A DNA stretch of 64,000 nt from Pyrinomonadaceae bacterium (GTDB lineage Bacteria > Acidobacteriota > Blastocatellia > Pyrinomonadales > Pyrinomonadaceae), in assembly GCA_046313635.1 (NCBI GenBank), contig JBKBYA010000003.1, positions 32,001-96,000 of the forward strand, written 5' to 3'. The notes beneath the pieces were generated by a model. The model made no database searches. It was given only the letters and a program-made list of their open reading frames with translations, and was not told the origin of the DNA. Made by a program: the position numbers and the translations under genes. Below are positions 7,843-17,359 of the stretch, piece by piece. Each line of letters begins with the position of its first letter. Positions within the stretch are counted from its first letter, which is position 1.

Positions 7843-10017
7843 TCAATTTATGTATTCGCTCTCGCCGCCGCCGTCGTCGATCATCGAGACGGGCGCGTCG
7901 GCCGGCCGCTGTTCTTCTTCGAGGTTCCAGATCTCAAAGAGTGCGGGCGGGCATTCCATCACGAATCGCGAAGGCTTTTGCAAGACGGTCTGACGATTGT
8001 AATCGGTCATCATCAGCGGATATGTGATGTAGAGCTCGTCCTTTGCGCGCGTAAGAGCGACGTACCAGAGACGACGCTCCTCTTCTTCGCTGTCGATCTC
8101 TTTGAGCGACCTCGGGCTCGGAAATTTACCTTCCGCCGCCCAGATCAGAAAGACGGCCTTCCACTCGAGACCCTTCGCCTGATGAACGCTCGTCAGCGTC
8201 AGCAGCTCGTCCTCTTCGGCGCCGGAGACGACCTCTTCGCCGACGAGCGGCTGCGGCTCCTTGAATCGCTCGGTCGAGAGCAGGGCGAGCTCGGAGAGGA
8301 ATTCTTCGGTCGAGCGGTAACGGTTGGCGTAGAGTGCGAGGCCGCGGATGTCCTCGGCGCGCGACTCGGCGTTCTCATGATTCTCCTGCAGGTACTGCTC
8401 GTAGCCGTTAGCGAGAATGATCTCGATCTGCTTTGTGGGCTTGTCGCGGTTTTCGTCGGCGACGAGCATCTCGAGCAGTGCAACGAAGCTTGTCCAAGCC
8501 GGCTTGGAGCGGACAGCGGCAGGAGCCTCGATGCTCCGGACGATCGCGAGCGAGTCAGAACCGCCTGCGGCAGCGGGTGGCTGAAGCGCTTCGATCGACT
8601 CGTTGAATTCAGCGGGAGAAGCGTCCGTGTTCAACCGCCCACTACCGTAGGCGGTTCTGACAATTGCTTCGTAAATTCGATTCGCCGTGGCGCGGCCGAC
8701 GCCGGGGATCATCTTTAGAATGCGTTTCCAGGCGAGCTCGTCGCGCGGGTTTGTGATGGCGCGCAGGTATGCGACGACGTCCTTGATGTGCGCCTGTTCA
8801 AAGAATCTGACGCCCGACTGAACTCGATACGGAATGTTGCGTCGCGAGAGCTCGAGCTGCAGCTCGACCGAGTGGTAATGCGAGCGGTAGATGACGGCGA
8901 TGTCCTCGAGGCTCGTACCTTCGTCGCGAAGCTCGAGCACGCGCGACGCGACAAAGGCCGCCTGCTGATCGACGTCTGAACACGGAACGAGCGCCGGCTT
9001 GAAGTCGCGCGAACGCCTGACCGCCTTGAGCATCTTTGGAAACTGCCGGCGGTTGTTGGCGATCGAGACGTTTGCGAGGCCGAGTATCTCGGGCGTCGAG
9101 CGGTAGTTGGTCTCGAGCTTGTAGACGGCGGCCTCGGGATAGCGTTTGGGAAACTCGTAAATGTTCGTAAACTCGGCGCCGCGCCACGCAAAGATCGATT
9201 GCGCGTCGTCGCCGACGACCATTACGTTGCGATGTTTTACAGCCAGCAGGTCGATGAGCTCGGCCTGCAGGCGATTTGTGTCCTGATACTCGTCGACGAG
9301 TATGTGCTGAAACTGCTCGGTGTAAACATTCGAGACCTCGGGCCGCTCGACGAGCAGGCGTTTGAGATTGAGAAGCAGGTCGTCGTAATCCATCACGTTA
9401 CGCTCGCGTTTGCGTTGGTGATAGATGAGGTCGATGCGTTTGATCTGCGCGGTGAGCGGTTCGAAGTACGGATACTTGCGGACGATCACCTCGTCGATCG
9501 GCATATCCGTGTTGGTCGCGTAGCTGACGATGTCCTGCAGGACCTCGGCCTTTGGGAACCGCTTTGCCTTTGTGTCGATCGCCGCGTCTTCGATGCAGAG
9601 ATTGAGCAGGTCGCGGGCGTCTTCGGTGTCGAGGATCGAGTAGTTCTGATCAAATCTGATGCTCGTCGCGTGACGGCGCAGCAGAAGGTTCGCGATGCGG
9701 TGAAACGTGCCGCCCCAGACGCGATGGACGTTTTGGCTGCCGGTCAAAGCCTCTACGCGCCGAAGCATCTCGCGGGCCGCGCGATTGGTGAAAGTCGCGA
9801 GCATTATCCGCTGCGGCGAGACGCCTTGTTCGATGAGATATGCGACGCGATACGTGATCACGCGCGTCTTGCCGCTGCCCGCGCCGGCGACGACGAGCGA
9901 AGCCTTGGGCGGCGCGGTGACGACGCGAAACTGCTCTTCGTTAAGCTCGCTTTTGTAGCGTGTGAGGCGTTCGGGCAGGGCCGAGCCTGCATCGCGTTTG
10001 AGGACGTACTTCTTCAC
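7843..10017 (-). CDS. UvrD/PcrA/Rep-family ATP-dependent DNA helicase
   Basis: Motifs AGAGSGKT, TFTNRAA, VDEYQDTN, VGDDAQSI, NYRS, HQAKGLEW, EERRLWYVALTRA; GTG start. Confidence 0.95.
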   Translation of the reverse strand: MKKYVLKRDAGSALPERLTRYKSELNEEQFRVVTAPPKASLVVAGAGSGKTRVITYRVAYLIEQGVSPQRIMLATFTNRAAREMLRRVEALTGSQNVHRVWGGTFHRIANLLLRRHATSIRFDQNYSILDTEDARDLLNLCIEDAAIDTKAKRFPKAEVLQDIVSYATNTDMPIDEVIVRKYPYFEPLTAQIKRIDLIYHQRKRERNVMDYDDLLLNLKRLLVERPEVSNVYTEQFQHILVDEYQDTNRLQAELIDLLAVKHRNVMVVGDDAQSIFAWRGAEFTNIYEFPKRYPEAAVYKLETNYRSTPEILGLANVSIANNRRQFPKMLKAVRRSRDFKPALVPCSDVDQQAAFVASRVLELRDEGTSLEDIAVIYRSHYHSVELQLELSRRNIPYRVQSGVRFFEQAHIKDVVAYLRAITNPRDELAWKRILKMIPGVGRATANRIYEAIVRTAYGSGRLNTDASPAEFNESIEALQPPAAAGGSDSLAIVRSIEAPAAVRSKPAWTSFVALLEMLVADENRDKPTKQIEIILANGYEQYLQENHENAESRAEDIRGLALYANRYRSTEEFLSELALLSTERFKEPQPLVGEEVVSGAEEDELLTLTSVHQAKGLEWKAVFLIWAAEGKFPSPRSLKEIDSEEEERRLWYVALTRAKDELYITYPLMMTDYNRQTVLQKPSRFVMECPPALFEIWNLEEEQRPADAPVSMIDDGGGESEYIN
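8554..8661. repeat. 108-bp REP/MITE-like palindromic element inserted in frame in the helicase gene
   Basis: Arms GTCAGAACCGCCTGCGGCAGCGGGTGG (8554-8580) and CCGCCCACTACCGTAGGCGGTTCTGAC (8635-8661) are 23/27 complementary; the element spans exactly 36 codons. Confidence 0.85.
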
Positions 10018-10109
10018 CTGACGCCAAGATTAGCACACGCCAAACGGCCTCTCGAACCCGCGCCGGCGATCGACGCGGGCCGCATCAAAAACGCCTTAGC
10101 CGATGCCGC

Positions 10110-10847
10110 TCAGTTCACCGCAAAGCTGATATTGACGACCGCGGTCATATCTTTTTCGATCGTCGTCGTGTCGTAAACGCCGTAGTCCGAGACGTCGGTC
10201 GAGTCGGCCGCGGTGATCTGCAGCACGCCCATCTTCGCCGAGCGGACCGATCCGATGGAGCTGCCCGTGCTGGCGGCGACGCGCTCGGCGCGTTCCTTGG
10301 CGTCTCGCGCCGCCTCGCCAAGCATCTCGATCTTGAGATCGCCGATCTGCGTGTAATAGTACTGCGGCGGCTTTGATTCGATCAGGATGCCCTGGTTGAT
10401 CAGCTCTGTCGCCTCGCGTGCGATCTGCGCGATCCTCTGGACGTCGTTCGAGCGCACCTCGATCTGCTGCTGCAGCGAGTAGCCTGTGACCTCACCGGTC
10501 TCGTTGCCGTCGTTGTCGCGCCGCTTTTGGGTTGTCGTGGTGATGGACGAGACGGTCATCTGGTTTTCGGGAATGCCTTTGGAGAGCAGGTACTGCTTGA
10601 TCCGCGGCGTGCTGTCGGAGATCTGCCTGTACGCGTCTGCGAGCGTCGCCGATTCGGCCGAGACTCCGGCCGTCCACACGACCAGGTCGGACGTGATTCT
10701 TCGCTTGGCCGAGCCGGTGACGGTGATCGCCTCGTCCGGTTTTCGAGCCTTTGCAAAGAACCAGCCGAATATCAGTGACGACACGATCAGGCCGATCGCG
10801 ATCGCGACCCCGGCGTTGAACCAACCGCCGCTACGTTCGCCATTCAT
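10110..10847 (-). CDS. SIMPL (DUF541) domain protein
   Basis: N-terminal TM; ITVTGSA, EAARDAKERAERVAASTGSSIG, VVNISFAV. Confidence 0.88.
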   Translation of the reverse strand: MNGERSGGWFNAGVAIAIGLIVSSLIFGWFFAKARKPDEAITVTGSAKRRITSDLVVWTAGVSAESATLADAYRQISDSTPRIKQYLLSKGIPENQMTVSSITTTTQKRRDNDGNETGEVTGYSLQQQIEVRSNDVQRIAQIAREATELINQGILIESKPPQYYYTQIGDLKIEMLGEAARDAKERAERVAASTGSSIGSVRSAKMGVLQITAADSTDVSDYGVYDTTTIEKDMTAVVNISFAVN

Positions 10848-10971
10848 AGATTGAAGCTCCTTTGCATCGAGGTGAAATTCAAGCTCATCATACGCCTGTC
10901 GCGACAAAAAGAAAGCTAAAGTCGAGCGTGTGATCGGCGGCGTCGAGATCTAAGACTTTCGCCCGGCCGGA

Positions 10972-10980
10972 TGCTACAAT
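10972..10980 (+). promoter_or_regulatory. candidate extended -10 promoter for ybaB-recR
   Basis: TG-C-TACAAT about 50 nt upstream of the ybaB ATG. Confidence 0.45.
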
Positions 10981-11029
10981 CGAAGGACGGTTTTTTGCAG
11001 CAAAAATACGACTTAGAGGTAGGTCAATT

Positions 11030-11335
11030 ATGAAATTTCCCGGCGGTTTTGATATGAACGCGATGATGCAGCAGGCCCAGCAGATGCAGGAAAAGATGGC
11101 CCGCGAAATGAAGGAAACCACCGTCGAGGCGTCGGCCGGCGGCGGCGTCGTCGCGGTCAAGATGCGCGGCGATTTTGAGGTCGTCTCGCTCACGCTCTCG
11201 CCCGATCTCGTCAAGGACGGCGACGTCGAAATGATCCAGGACCTCACCGTCGCGGCCCTCAATGAAGCCCGACGCAAGGTCGAAGAATCGCTCAAAGGCA
11301 AGCTCGGCGGCATGCTCCCGCCGGGGATGATGTGA
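11030..11335 (+). CDS. ybaB: YbaB/EbfC nucleoid-associated protein
   Basis: MMQQAQQMQ, VEASAGGGVV, EMIQDLTVAALNEA; adjacent to recR. Confidence 0.93.
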   Translation: MKFPGGFDMNAMMQQAQQMQEKMAREMKETTVEASAGGGVVAVKMRGDFEVVSLTLSPDLVKDGDVEMIQDLTVAALNEARRKVEESLKGKLGGMLPPGMM

Positions 11336-11338
11336 CGG

Positions 11339-11426
11339 AATTTTCGATTTTAGATTTGCGATTTGCGATTGCGGAGAGCTGATCGCCGAGGCCGAATCGC
11401 AAATCGAAAATCGCAATTCGAAAATC
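11339..11426. repeat. inverted pair of heptamer arrays (ATTTKMG / AATCGMA)
   Basis: Left ATTTTCG ATTTTAG ATTTGCG ATTTGCG ATT; right AATCGCA AATCGAA AATCGCA ATTCGAA AATC. Confidence 0.9.
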
Positions 11427-11429
11427 TAC

Positions 11430-12044
11430 ATGCTTGATTACTCAGAACCCGTCGCCAAGCTGATCGACGAATTCAAGCGCCTGCCGGGCGTGGGGCAGAA
11501 GTCGGCGCAGAGGCTGGCGTTCTATGTGATGCGAAGGCCCGAGGCCGAGGTGCGCAGCTTTGCAAACGCTCTCCTCGAGGTTAAAGAAAGGATCACCTTT
11601 TGCTCGACGTGCAACAACCTCACAGACGTCGACCCGTGCCTTTACTGCGCAAATCCGAAGCGTGACCGTTCGATCATATGCATCGTCGAGGAGCCGTACA
11701 ATCTCGTCGCCGTCGAAAAGACGCGCTCATTCAAAGGTCTCTATCACGTGCTGCACGGCTCGCTCTCGCCGATCCGCGGCGTCGGGCCCGACGAGCTGAT
11801 GCTCGCCAATCTGCTGCCGCGTCTGATGCCCGAGAATAACGACGGCGTCGATGTGCGCGAGGTCATCATCGCGACCAACCCGACGACCGAGGGCGAGGCG
11901 ACGGCGAACTACATCGCACGGCTTCTCAAGCCGCTCGGCGTGCGCGTCACGCGCATCGCGATGGGAATGCCGGTCGGGTCAGATCTCGAATTCGTCGACG
12001 AGGTCACGATGGACAAGGCGCTGGCGAATCGTCACGAGATCTAG
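11430..12044 (+). CDS. recR: recombination protein RecR
   Basis: LPGVGQKSAQRLA, C4 zinc finger, YHVLHG, EVIIATNPTTEGEATA. Confidence 0.97.
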   Translation: MLDYSEPVAKLIDEFKRLPGVGQKSAQRLAFYVMRRPEAEVRSFANALLEVKERITFCSTCNNLTDVDPCLYCANPKRDRSIICIVEEPYNLVAVEKTRSFKGLYHVLHGSLSPIRGVGPDELMLANLLPRLMPENNDGVDVREVIIATNPTTEGEATANYIARLLKPLGVRVTRIAMGMPVGSDLEFVDEVTMDKALANRHEI

Positions 12045-12050
12045 GGAGTG

Positions 12051-12279
12051 GTGAGGTGTGAACCGTAAGCGGTAAGTGGTAAGCGGTAAATGGTAAGCGG
12101 TAAGCGGTAAATGGTAAATGCAGAGTTTTTGATCGGGGCTGTGCGGAACATTTTACGACGGCTCACGACCAGCTGATCATCCCGTCTCGACCAGTAACTA
12201 CGATCTTCCATTTACCATTTACCATTTACCACTTACCGTTTACCGCTTACACCTTACACCTCACCGTTCACACTTCACG
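12051..12279. repeat. inverted pair of heptamer arrays (GGTAARY / RYTTACC) around an 88-nt loop
   Basis: Left 12064-12119 has 8 GGTAAGC/GGTAAAT-type units; right 12210-12279 has 10 ATTTACC-type units; outer GTGAGGTGTGAAC pairs with GTTCACACTTCAC. Confidence 0.92.
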
Positions 12280-12290
12280 ACTGACCACCC

Positions 12291-13667
12291 ATGGCGACGG
12301 AAATCAAAGAGCTGCGGCTGCCGGACCTGATACTTGATCGCCGGGCGCCGCTTGCTTTTCGGCTGCTGCTGGGAGCTTTCGGCATCGCGCTTCGACTCTT
12401 TTTTCGGCGTATCGAGACGGTCAACGCCGATCGCGTCCCCGAACGCGGCGGCGTTATCTTCGTGCTCAATCATCCAAACGGTCTGATCGATCCGGCCCTC
12501 GTCTTTGTCGCGCTGCCGAGGCTTATCTCGTTCCTTGCAAAGTCGACCTTGTTTCGGATGCCGGTCATCTCGTGGATCCTCAAGACGGCCGAGGCGCTGC
12601 CGATCTACCGCAGGATCGATGCGGGCGAGGACGTTTCGCAAAATCAAAAGACATTCGACGCGGCCCGCGAGCTCCTTAAACGCGGCGGTTCGATCGCGCT
12701 CTTTCCCGAAGGCGTCTCGCACAACTCGCCAAAGCTCTTGCCGATCAAGACCGGCGCGGCCCGCATCGCGCTCGGGGCGGCGAACGATGTGAGAGATGAA
12801 GAGCAGAAGCTCGACGTCCTGATCGTGCCGGTCGGGCTTTACTACACGAGCAAGACGACGTTTCGCAGCGAGGCACTGCTTCACTTTGGCGAGCCTTTCG
12901 CGGTGCCGCGCGTCGAGCTCGACGCGGATGGCCAGCCGCCCCGCGAAGAGGTCAGGCGGCTGACGCAGCGGATCGAAGAAGCGCTTCGCGAGGTGACGCT
13001 CAATGCCGAGTCCGATGCCGAGCTGCAGACGGCCCGCATCGCCGAACGCATCTTTGCCGCCGCGGCCGAGTCAGAGACGCTCGGCGAGAGACTCGAGTTT
13101 CTCAAGACGTACGTCGCGCGCGGCGAGGACACGTCCGGCTCGTACGATCTCGACGCCGAGCTGAAAAGATTCGACGCGCGGCTCGCGGCGCGGGGCATCG
13201 AGCCCGAGCACCTTTCGCTGTCGCGCTTTTCTAAACGATTCGTCATCCGGCAGGCGATCGTTCAGACGTGGCCGCTCGTCCTGCTCGCTCCGCCGGCCGC
13301 CGCGGGAGCGCTGCTGCATCTGCCGGCTTACGAGATGTGCCGTCTGCTCGCGTATCTGATCACGCACCACGGCGCCGACGATGTCGCGTCGACCGTCAAA
13401 GTGCTCGCGGCGATGATCTTCATGCCGCTCACTTGGCTTGTCGCGGCGGTCGTGGTCTATCAGTTTTTCGGCTGGGAATGGGCGCTGGCATCGCTGCCGG
13501 CGTCGGCCGCGCTCGGCTACATCGCGCTTTATACGCTGGAGGAGGCGACAGAGCTAAGCGGGTGGGCAAAGGCCGTCTGGCTTTACCTCACCCGCCGTGA
13601 AGAGTTCCTGCGGTTGTTTGTCGAGCGGCTCAGGCTGCAGCGGCACCTGAGCGAGATCGGCGATTAG
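12291..13667 (+). CDS. lysophospholipid/glycerol-3-phosphate acyltransferase family membrane protein
   Basis: NHPNGLID (HX4D), FLAK and LFPEG motifs; C-terminal TM helices. Confidence 0.9.
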   Translation: MATEIKELRLPDLILDRRAPLAFRLLLGAFGIALRLFFRRIETVNADRVPERGGVIFVLNHPNGLIDPALVFVALPRLISFLAKSTLFRMPVISWILKTAEALPIYRRIDAGEDVSQNQKTFDAARELLKRGGSIALFPEGVSHNSPKLLPIKTGAARIALGAANDVRDEEQKLDVLIVPVGLYYTSKTTFRSEALLHFGEPFAVPRVELDADGQPPREEVRRLTQRIEEALREVTLNAESDAELQTARIAERIFAAAAESETLGERLEFLKTYVARGEDTSGSYDLDAELKRFDARLAARGIEPEHLSLSRFSKRFVIRQAIVQTWPLVLLAPPAAAGALLHLPAYEMCRLLAYLITHHGADDVASTVKVLAAMIFMPLTWLVAAVVVYQFFGWEWALASLPASAALGYIALYTLEEATELSGWAKAVWLYLTRREEFLRLFVERLRLQRHLSEIGD

Positions 13668-14278
13668 AACCTGACGACCTCGGCCTCGGCCTCGGACGCG
13701 TTGCGAGACTTTTTCCATTCGCCCTCGTCCTCGTAGAAATTGACGTCAAACGTCAAGAGACTCTTGACCGGGATGCCGTCAAAATCCGTCGGCCCGTCCT
13801 CAAACCGCACGATCGCGCCGCAGCCGATGACCTCTACGCCCAACTCGCGCAGCAGGTCGATCCCCTCGCGCATAGCGTTGCCCGAGCGGATAATGTCGTC
13901 CACCAGTATCGCCGGATGGATGTCGTCGCCGTTGATGTACTGCCTAAACTGCCGCTTGCCGTTCTCGAGCTCGGCCCAGTAGATCTGCTCGGCGCCGAGA
14001 GCCTCGCGGACGCCAAAGGCGACCATGATGCCGCCCGGGCTCGGGCTGACGACCGAGACCTTTGGCAGGCGGCTCGAGATCGATTTCTCCATTCGGAAAA
14101 GCCGGCTCAGACCGACCGACAGGATCCGCGCGTTGTCGTAGTAGCGAAACGCAAGCGGCATCTGAAAGTAATGCGACGCGTGCTTGCCGTTCGGATATAA
14201 AAAATGTCCTTTGCGGTAGGCGCCGGTCTTGACGAGGATGTCCATCACGGACTCCGGCGACGGTACGAGATCAACCAT
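13664..14278 (-). CDS. orotate phosphoribosyltransferase-like type I PRTase
   Basis: GHFLYPNGKHASHYFQ and PRPP loop ILVDDIIRSG; diverges from canonical PyrE. Confidence 0.75.
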   Translation of the reverse strand: MVDLVPSPESVMDILVKTGAYRKGHFLYPNGKHASHYFQMPLAFRYYDNARILSVGLSRLFRMEKSISSRLPKVSVVSPSPGGIMVAFGVREALGAEQIYWAELENGKRQFRQYINGDDIHPAILVDDIIRSGNAMREGIDLLRELGVEVIGCGAIVRFEDGPTDFDGIPVKSLLTFDVNFYEDEGEWKKSRNASEAEAEVVRF

Positions 14279-14356
14279 TCTTATCTCCTTGAAACTTCTT
14301 GACCAAAATTAACCGTTTCAGCAAGTTTTCGATTCTATCGGCCGCATCGCCGTAAT

Positions 14357-14812
14357 TCAAACCGCTCGCTTGACCAACCTCTCGATCGCCGCGCGCTGCG
14401 GGGCGGCCATTCCCTCGGGCAGCGCGTCGACGTCAAACCAGCCGAGACGATAGATCTCGCGGCTCAGCACCACCGGCTCCCCGACCGGCCGGGCAGAAAA
14501 GAGCAGCTCGACGTGACGCCGCGTCGTGGCGGCGCTCACCAGACGGACGTCCGTCAGCTCGATCCCGATCTCTTCGCGAATCTCTCTTTTTAGGGCATCG
14601 ATTGGCTGCTCGCCGGAATCCAAAAGGCCGCCTGGAATGCCCCAGCCGCAACTTGGACGCAGAACATGCTCAAGCAGCAGCACTCGCGAACGGTCGTCGA
14701 GAACGATCGCCGCGACCGACACAGTGAATGTCGTCTGCGTCGCCCGGACGACGCTCATTCTCACGGGCCGAGGCAGCGCTTTCCAGATATAGCCGAGCGA
14801 TTTACGAAACAT
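14357..14812 (-). CDS. NUDIX hydrolase
   Basis: Nudix box GGLLDSGEQPIDALKREIREEIG; start moved to ATG 14812 to avoid overlap with the divergent gene. Confidence 0.88.
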   Translation of the reverse strand: MFRKSLGYIWKALPRPVRMSVVRATQTTFTVSVAAIVLDDRSRVLLLEHVLRPSCGWGIPGGLLDSGEQPIDALKREIREEIGIELTDVRLVSAATTRRHVELLFSARPVGEPVVLSREIYRLGWFDVDALPEGMAAPQRAAIERLVKRAV

Positions 14813-14984
14813 TTCTAGAGGAGCGAACAGGCGGCCGCGGTACGAAAAGCGGCTCGTCCGACAAGCCGGCTCGGCCGGCAAAGTTTCACAGATATCAGTT
14901 ATCACGCCGGCGGCCGGGCCCACAGCTTCACAAGTCCGCCGGAACCCGTAAACCTTACCATTTTCAAAGAGAAGTATTCTAAAC

Positions 14985-17102
14985 ATGAGATCTTTACTCT
15001 TGCAGTTCAAGGGTATGTCCGCGGCGAGTCTCGCGGTCATCGTCTGCGTCATCGGGGCCGCGGGTCAGAGCGACCGGGCCAAACAAGACCTCGGGCGGTC
15101 ATTCCGAAAGTTTGACCTCGTAAGGATCAGCGAACCTGCCCGCAGGGCGAGCGCTCGAGGCGAGACACGGCTTCAGATCAGTGCACGCGGCCGGCGGATG
15201 GACGTCGATCTCGTGCCGAACGATCTGAGGTCTTACCGGTACAAGACCGAGGATTCGACAGCTCCGGGAGTGCGCGTCGGGCGGCAGGGCGGCGAAGTGA
15301 CGACCTTTAAGGGAATGGTCGATGGCGACGAGTCGTCGATCGTTCGCCTGTCGATCGACGGGCCCAAGATCGAGGGCTACCTCGTGTCTGGCGGCGAAAA
15401 GCTCTTTGTCGAGCAGGCGCGCAAGTACACAAACCAGGCCGACGAGTCGGACTATGTCGTCTATCGCGAAGAAGATTCGCTCGTGGACAACACCTTCTCA
15501 TGCGACGCCGACGCAGCCGGCAGGCTCGAGGCCGGGTTGTCAGGCATCACGGCACAGGCCGCGACCCTGGCTCCGGCGGCGCGGATCCTGGAGATCGCGA
15601 CCGAGGCCGACTACGAATGGGTGACCACGCTCGGCGGAGCGTCGCAGGCCAACAGCGACATTCTCAGCATCCTGAATATGGCCGACGGCGTTTACCAGAG
15701 CGAGCTCGGCATCGCGCTCAGCGTCGTTTTCCAGCACACGTGGTCGACACCGGACGGCTTTGACCCGACGTCGATGAGCACGATCCTGTCGAGCTTTGGC
15801 AGCTATTGGAACGCCAACATCAGCTCGACGAGCGTCCCGCGCGACGCGGCACATCTGTTTAGCGGCAAGTCGTCGGCGCGTTCGGCCGGACTGGCCTGGG
15901 TCGGGGTGATCTGCCGTTCGCCGCTCAACTCATACGGACTTAGCGGATATGTCGGGTGGGCTCCCGGGAAATATATGATCCCGGCACACGAGATCGGACA
16001 TAACTTGAACGCGAATCACGTCGACGCGACCCAGAGCTGCGCCAGCACGATCATGAACGCGTCGCTCTCGAATACGACCGCCTTTACTTTTTGCACGTTC
16101 TCGCGGACCGAGATCGCAAACTTTGTCACGGCGAACGGCACATGTCTGCCCAACGGCAATCCGACCCCGACGCCGACGCCCGTGATCACTCCGACGCCGA
16201 CGCCCGTGATCACTCCGACACCCACACCGGTGATCACTCCGACGCCGACGCCGTGGCCGCCGTCGAGCGGCGTGCGTGCGGTCGGCGATTTTGACGGCGA
16301 CTCGCGCTCGGACATCGCGGTCTGGCGGCCGGGAACGGGCGTATGGTACCTCAGCCGCAGCACGAGCGGGATCGCGTCGTTTCAGTTTGGCCAGGCGGGC
16401 GATACGGCCGTTCCGGCGGATTACGACGGCGACGGCCGAACCGACGCGGCGGTGTATCGCGGCGGGACGTGGCACCGTCTGATGAGCTCGACCGGAACGT
16501 ACAGCGCCGCTCAGTTTGGCGTCGCGACCGACACCGCCGTGCCGGCAGACCGCGACGGCGACGGCCGGGCCGACCTTGTCGTCTTCAGGCCTACAAACGG
16601 TGTCTGGTACACGCTCTACAGCTCGAGCGGCGGCGTCGACTCGCGGCAGTGGGGCGTCGCGGGCGACGTTCCGGTGCCGGCCGATTACGACGGTGACGGA
16701 CGGGCGGACCTTAACGTTTTCAGGCCGTCGAACGGTACGTGGTACCGCGTCGACAGCTCGACCGGGGCCGAGCGCGGTGCTCAGTTTGGAATGCTGGGCG
16801 ACAAGCCTGTGGTCGGTGACTTTGACGGCGACCGTCGGACCGATATCGCCGTGTGGCGGCCCGCCGGCGGCGCCTGGTACGTACTGCAGAGCGCGTCGGG
16901 GAGCCTTTTTGCCGCGACGTTTGGCCTGTCGAGCGACATCCCGACGGTCGGCGACTACGACGGCGACGGACGGGCGGACGTCTCGGTCTTCAGGCCCGTG
17001 AGCGGCGTCTGGTACCGACTCAACAGCAGCACCGGCGGATTTGCCGCACAGCAATTCGGGCTGTCAGGCGACATGCCGGTCGAGGGAGCATACGTCCGCT
17101 AG
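14985..17102 (+). CDS. secreted M12B/reprolysin-like metallopeptidase with Pro-Thr linker and FG-GAP-like repeats
   Basis: HEIGHNLNANH with Met-turn TIMN; (TPTPTPVI)x3 linker; six D(F/Y/R)DGDxR(S/T/A)D repeats. Confidence 0.88.
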   Translation: MRSLLLQFKGMSAASLAVIVCVIGAAGQSDRAKQDLGRSFRKFDLVRISEPARRASARGETRLQISARGRRMDVDLVPNDLRSYRYKTEDSTAPGVRVGRQGGEVTTFKGMVDGDESSIVRLSIDGPKIEGYLVSGGEKLFVEQARKYTNQADESDYVVYREEDSLVDNTFSCDADAAGRLEAGLSGITAQAATLAPAARILEIATEADYEWVTTLGGASQANSDILSILNMADGVYQSELGIALSVVFQHTWSTPDGFDPTSMSTILSSFGSYWNANISSTSVPRDAAHLFSGKSSARSAGLAWVGVICRSPLNSYGLSGYVGWAPGKYMIPAHEIGHNLNANHVDATQSCASTIMNASLSNTTAFTFCTFSRTEIANFVTANGTCLPNGNPTPTPTPVITPTPTPVITPTPTPVITPTPTPWPPSSGVRAVGDFDGDSRSDIAVWRPGTGVWYLSRSTSGIASFQFGQAGDTAVPADYDGDGRTDAAVYRGGTWHRLMSSTGTYSAAQFGVATDTAVPADRDGDGRADLVVFRPTNGVWYTLYSSSGGVDSRQWGVAGDVPVPADYDGDGRADLNVFRPSNGTWYRVDSSTGAERGAQFGMLGDKPVVGDFDGDRRTDIAVWRPAGGAWYVLQSASGSLFAATFGLSSDIPTVGDYDGDGRADVSVFRPVSGVWYRLNSSTGGFAAQQFGLSGDMPVEGAYVR

Positions 17103-17120
17103 GCGAACAGGCGGACAAGT

Positions 17121-17155
17121 CAAAAAAGGGGCTGACCGAGGAGGCAGCCCCTTTG
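17121..17155 (+). terminator. hairpin, probable terminator of the reprolysin gene
   Basis: AAAGGGGCTG...CAGCCCCTTT. Confidence 0.6.
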
Positions 17156-17305
17156 TCATTTGGTCGGTCGATCGCGCGTTCACTCGCCGCCACCCGCACG
17201 GAGGCGCAGCCATGCCGCAAGAAGCTGATCGCTGGACGGAGCAGACCACCGGCACAGCACTGCGGAATGCCGCACGATCTCACCCGCGGCGCAGCTTACG
17301 GAAAT

Positions 17306-17337
17306 GCAAAAGAGGCTGCCTTTGCGGGGCAGCCTCC
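17306..17337 (-). terminator. hairpin, probable terminator of the M4 peptidase gene
   Basis: GAGGCTGCC TTTGCGG GGCAGCCTC with an A-tract on the left (U-tract on the minus strand). Confidence 0.65.
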
Positions 17338-17359
17338 TTCATTTTCGGCTGAGCTTTAT

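Noticed and set aside
10850..11029. SRP RNA (ffs) or dnaX upstream of ybaB-recR
   Set aside because: No SRP core motif is seen, and the upstream gene is a divergent SIMPL-domain gene.
16161..16253. 24-bp tandem repeat as a mobile element (likewise about 7060-7190)
   Set aside because: These encode ordinary Pro/Thr linkers.
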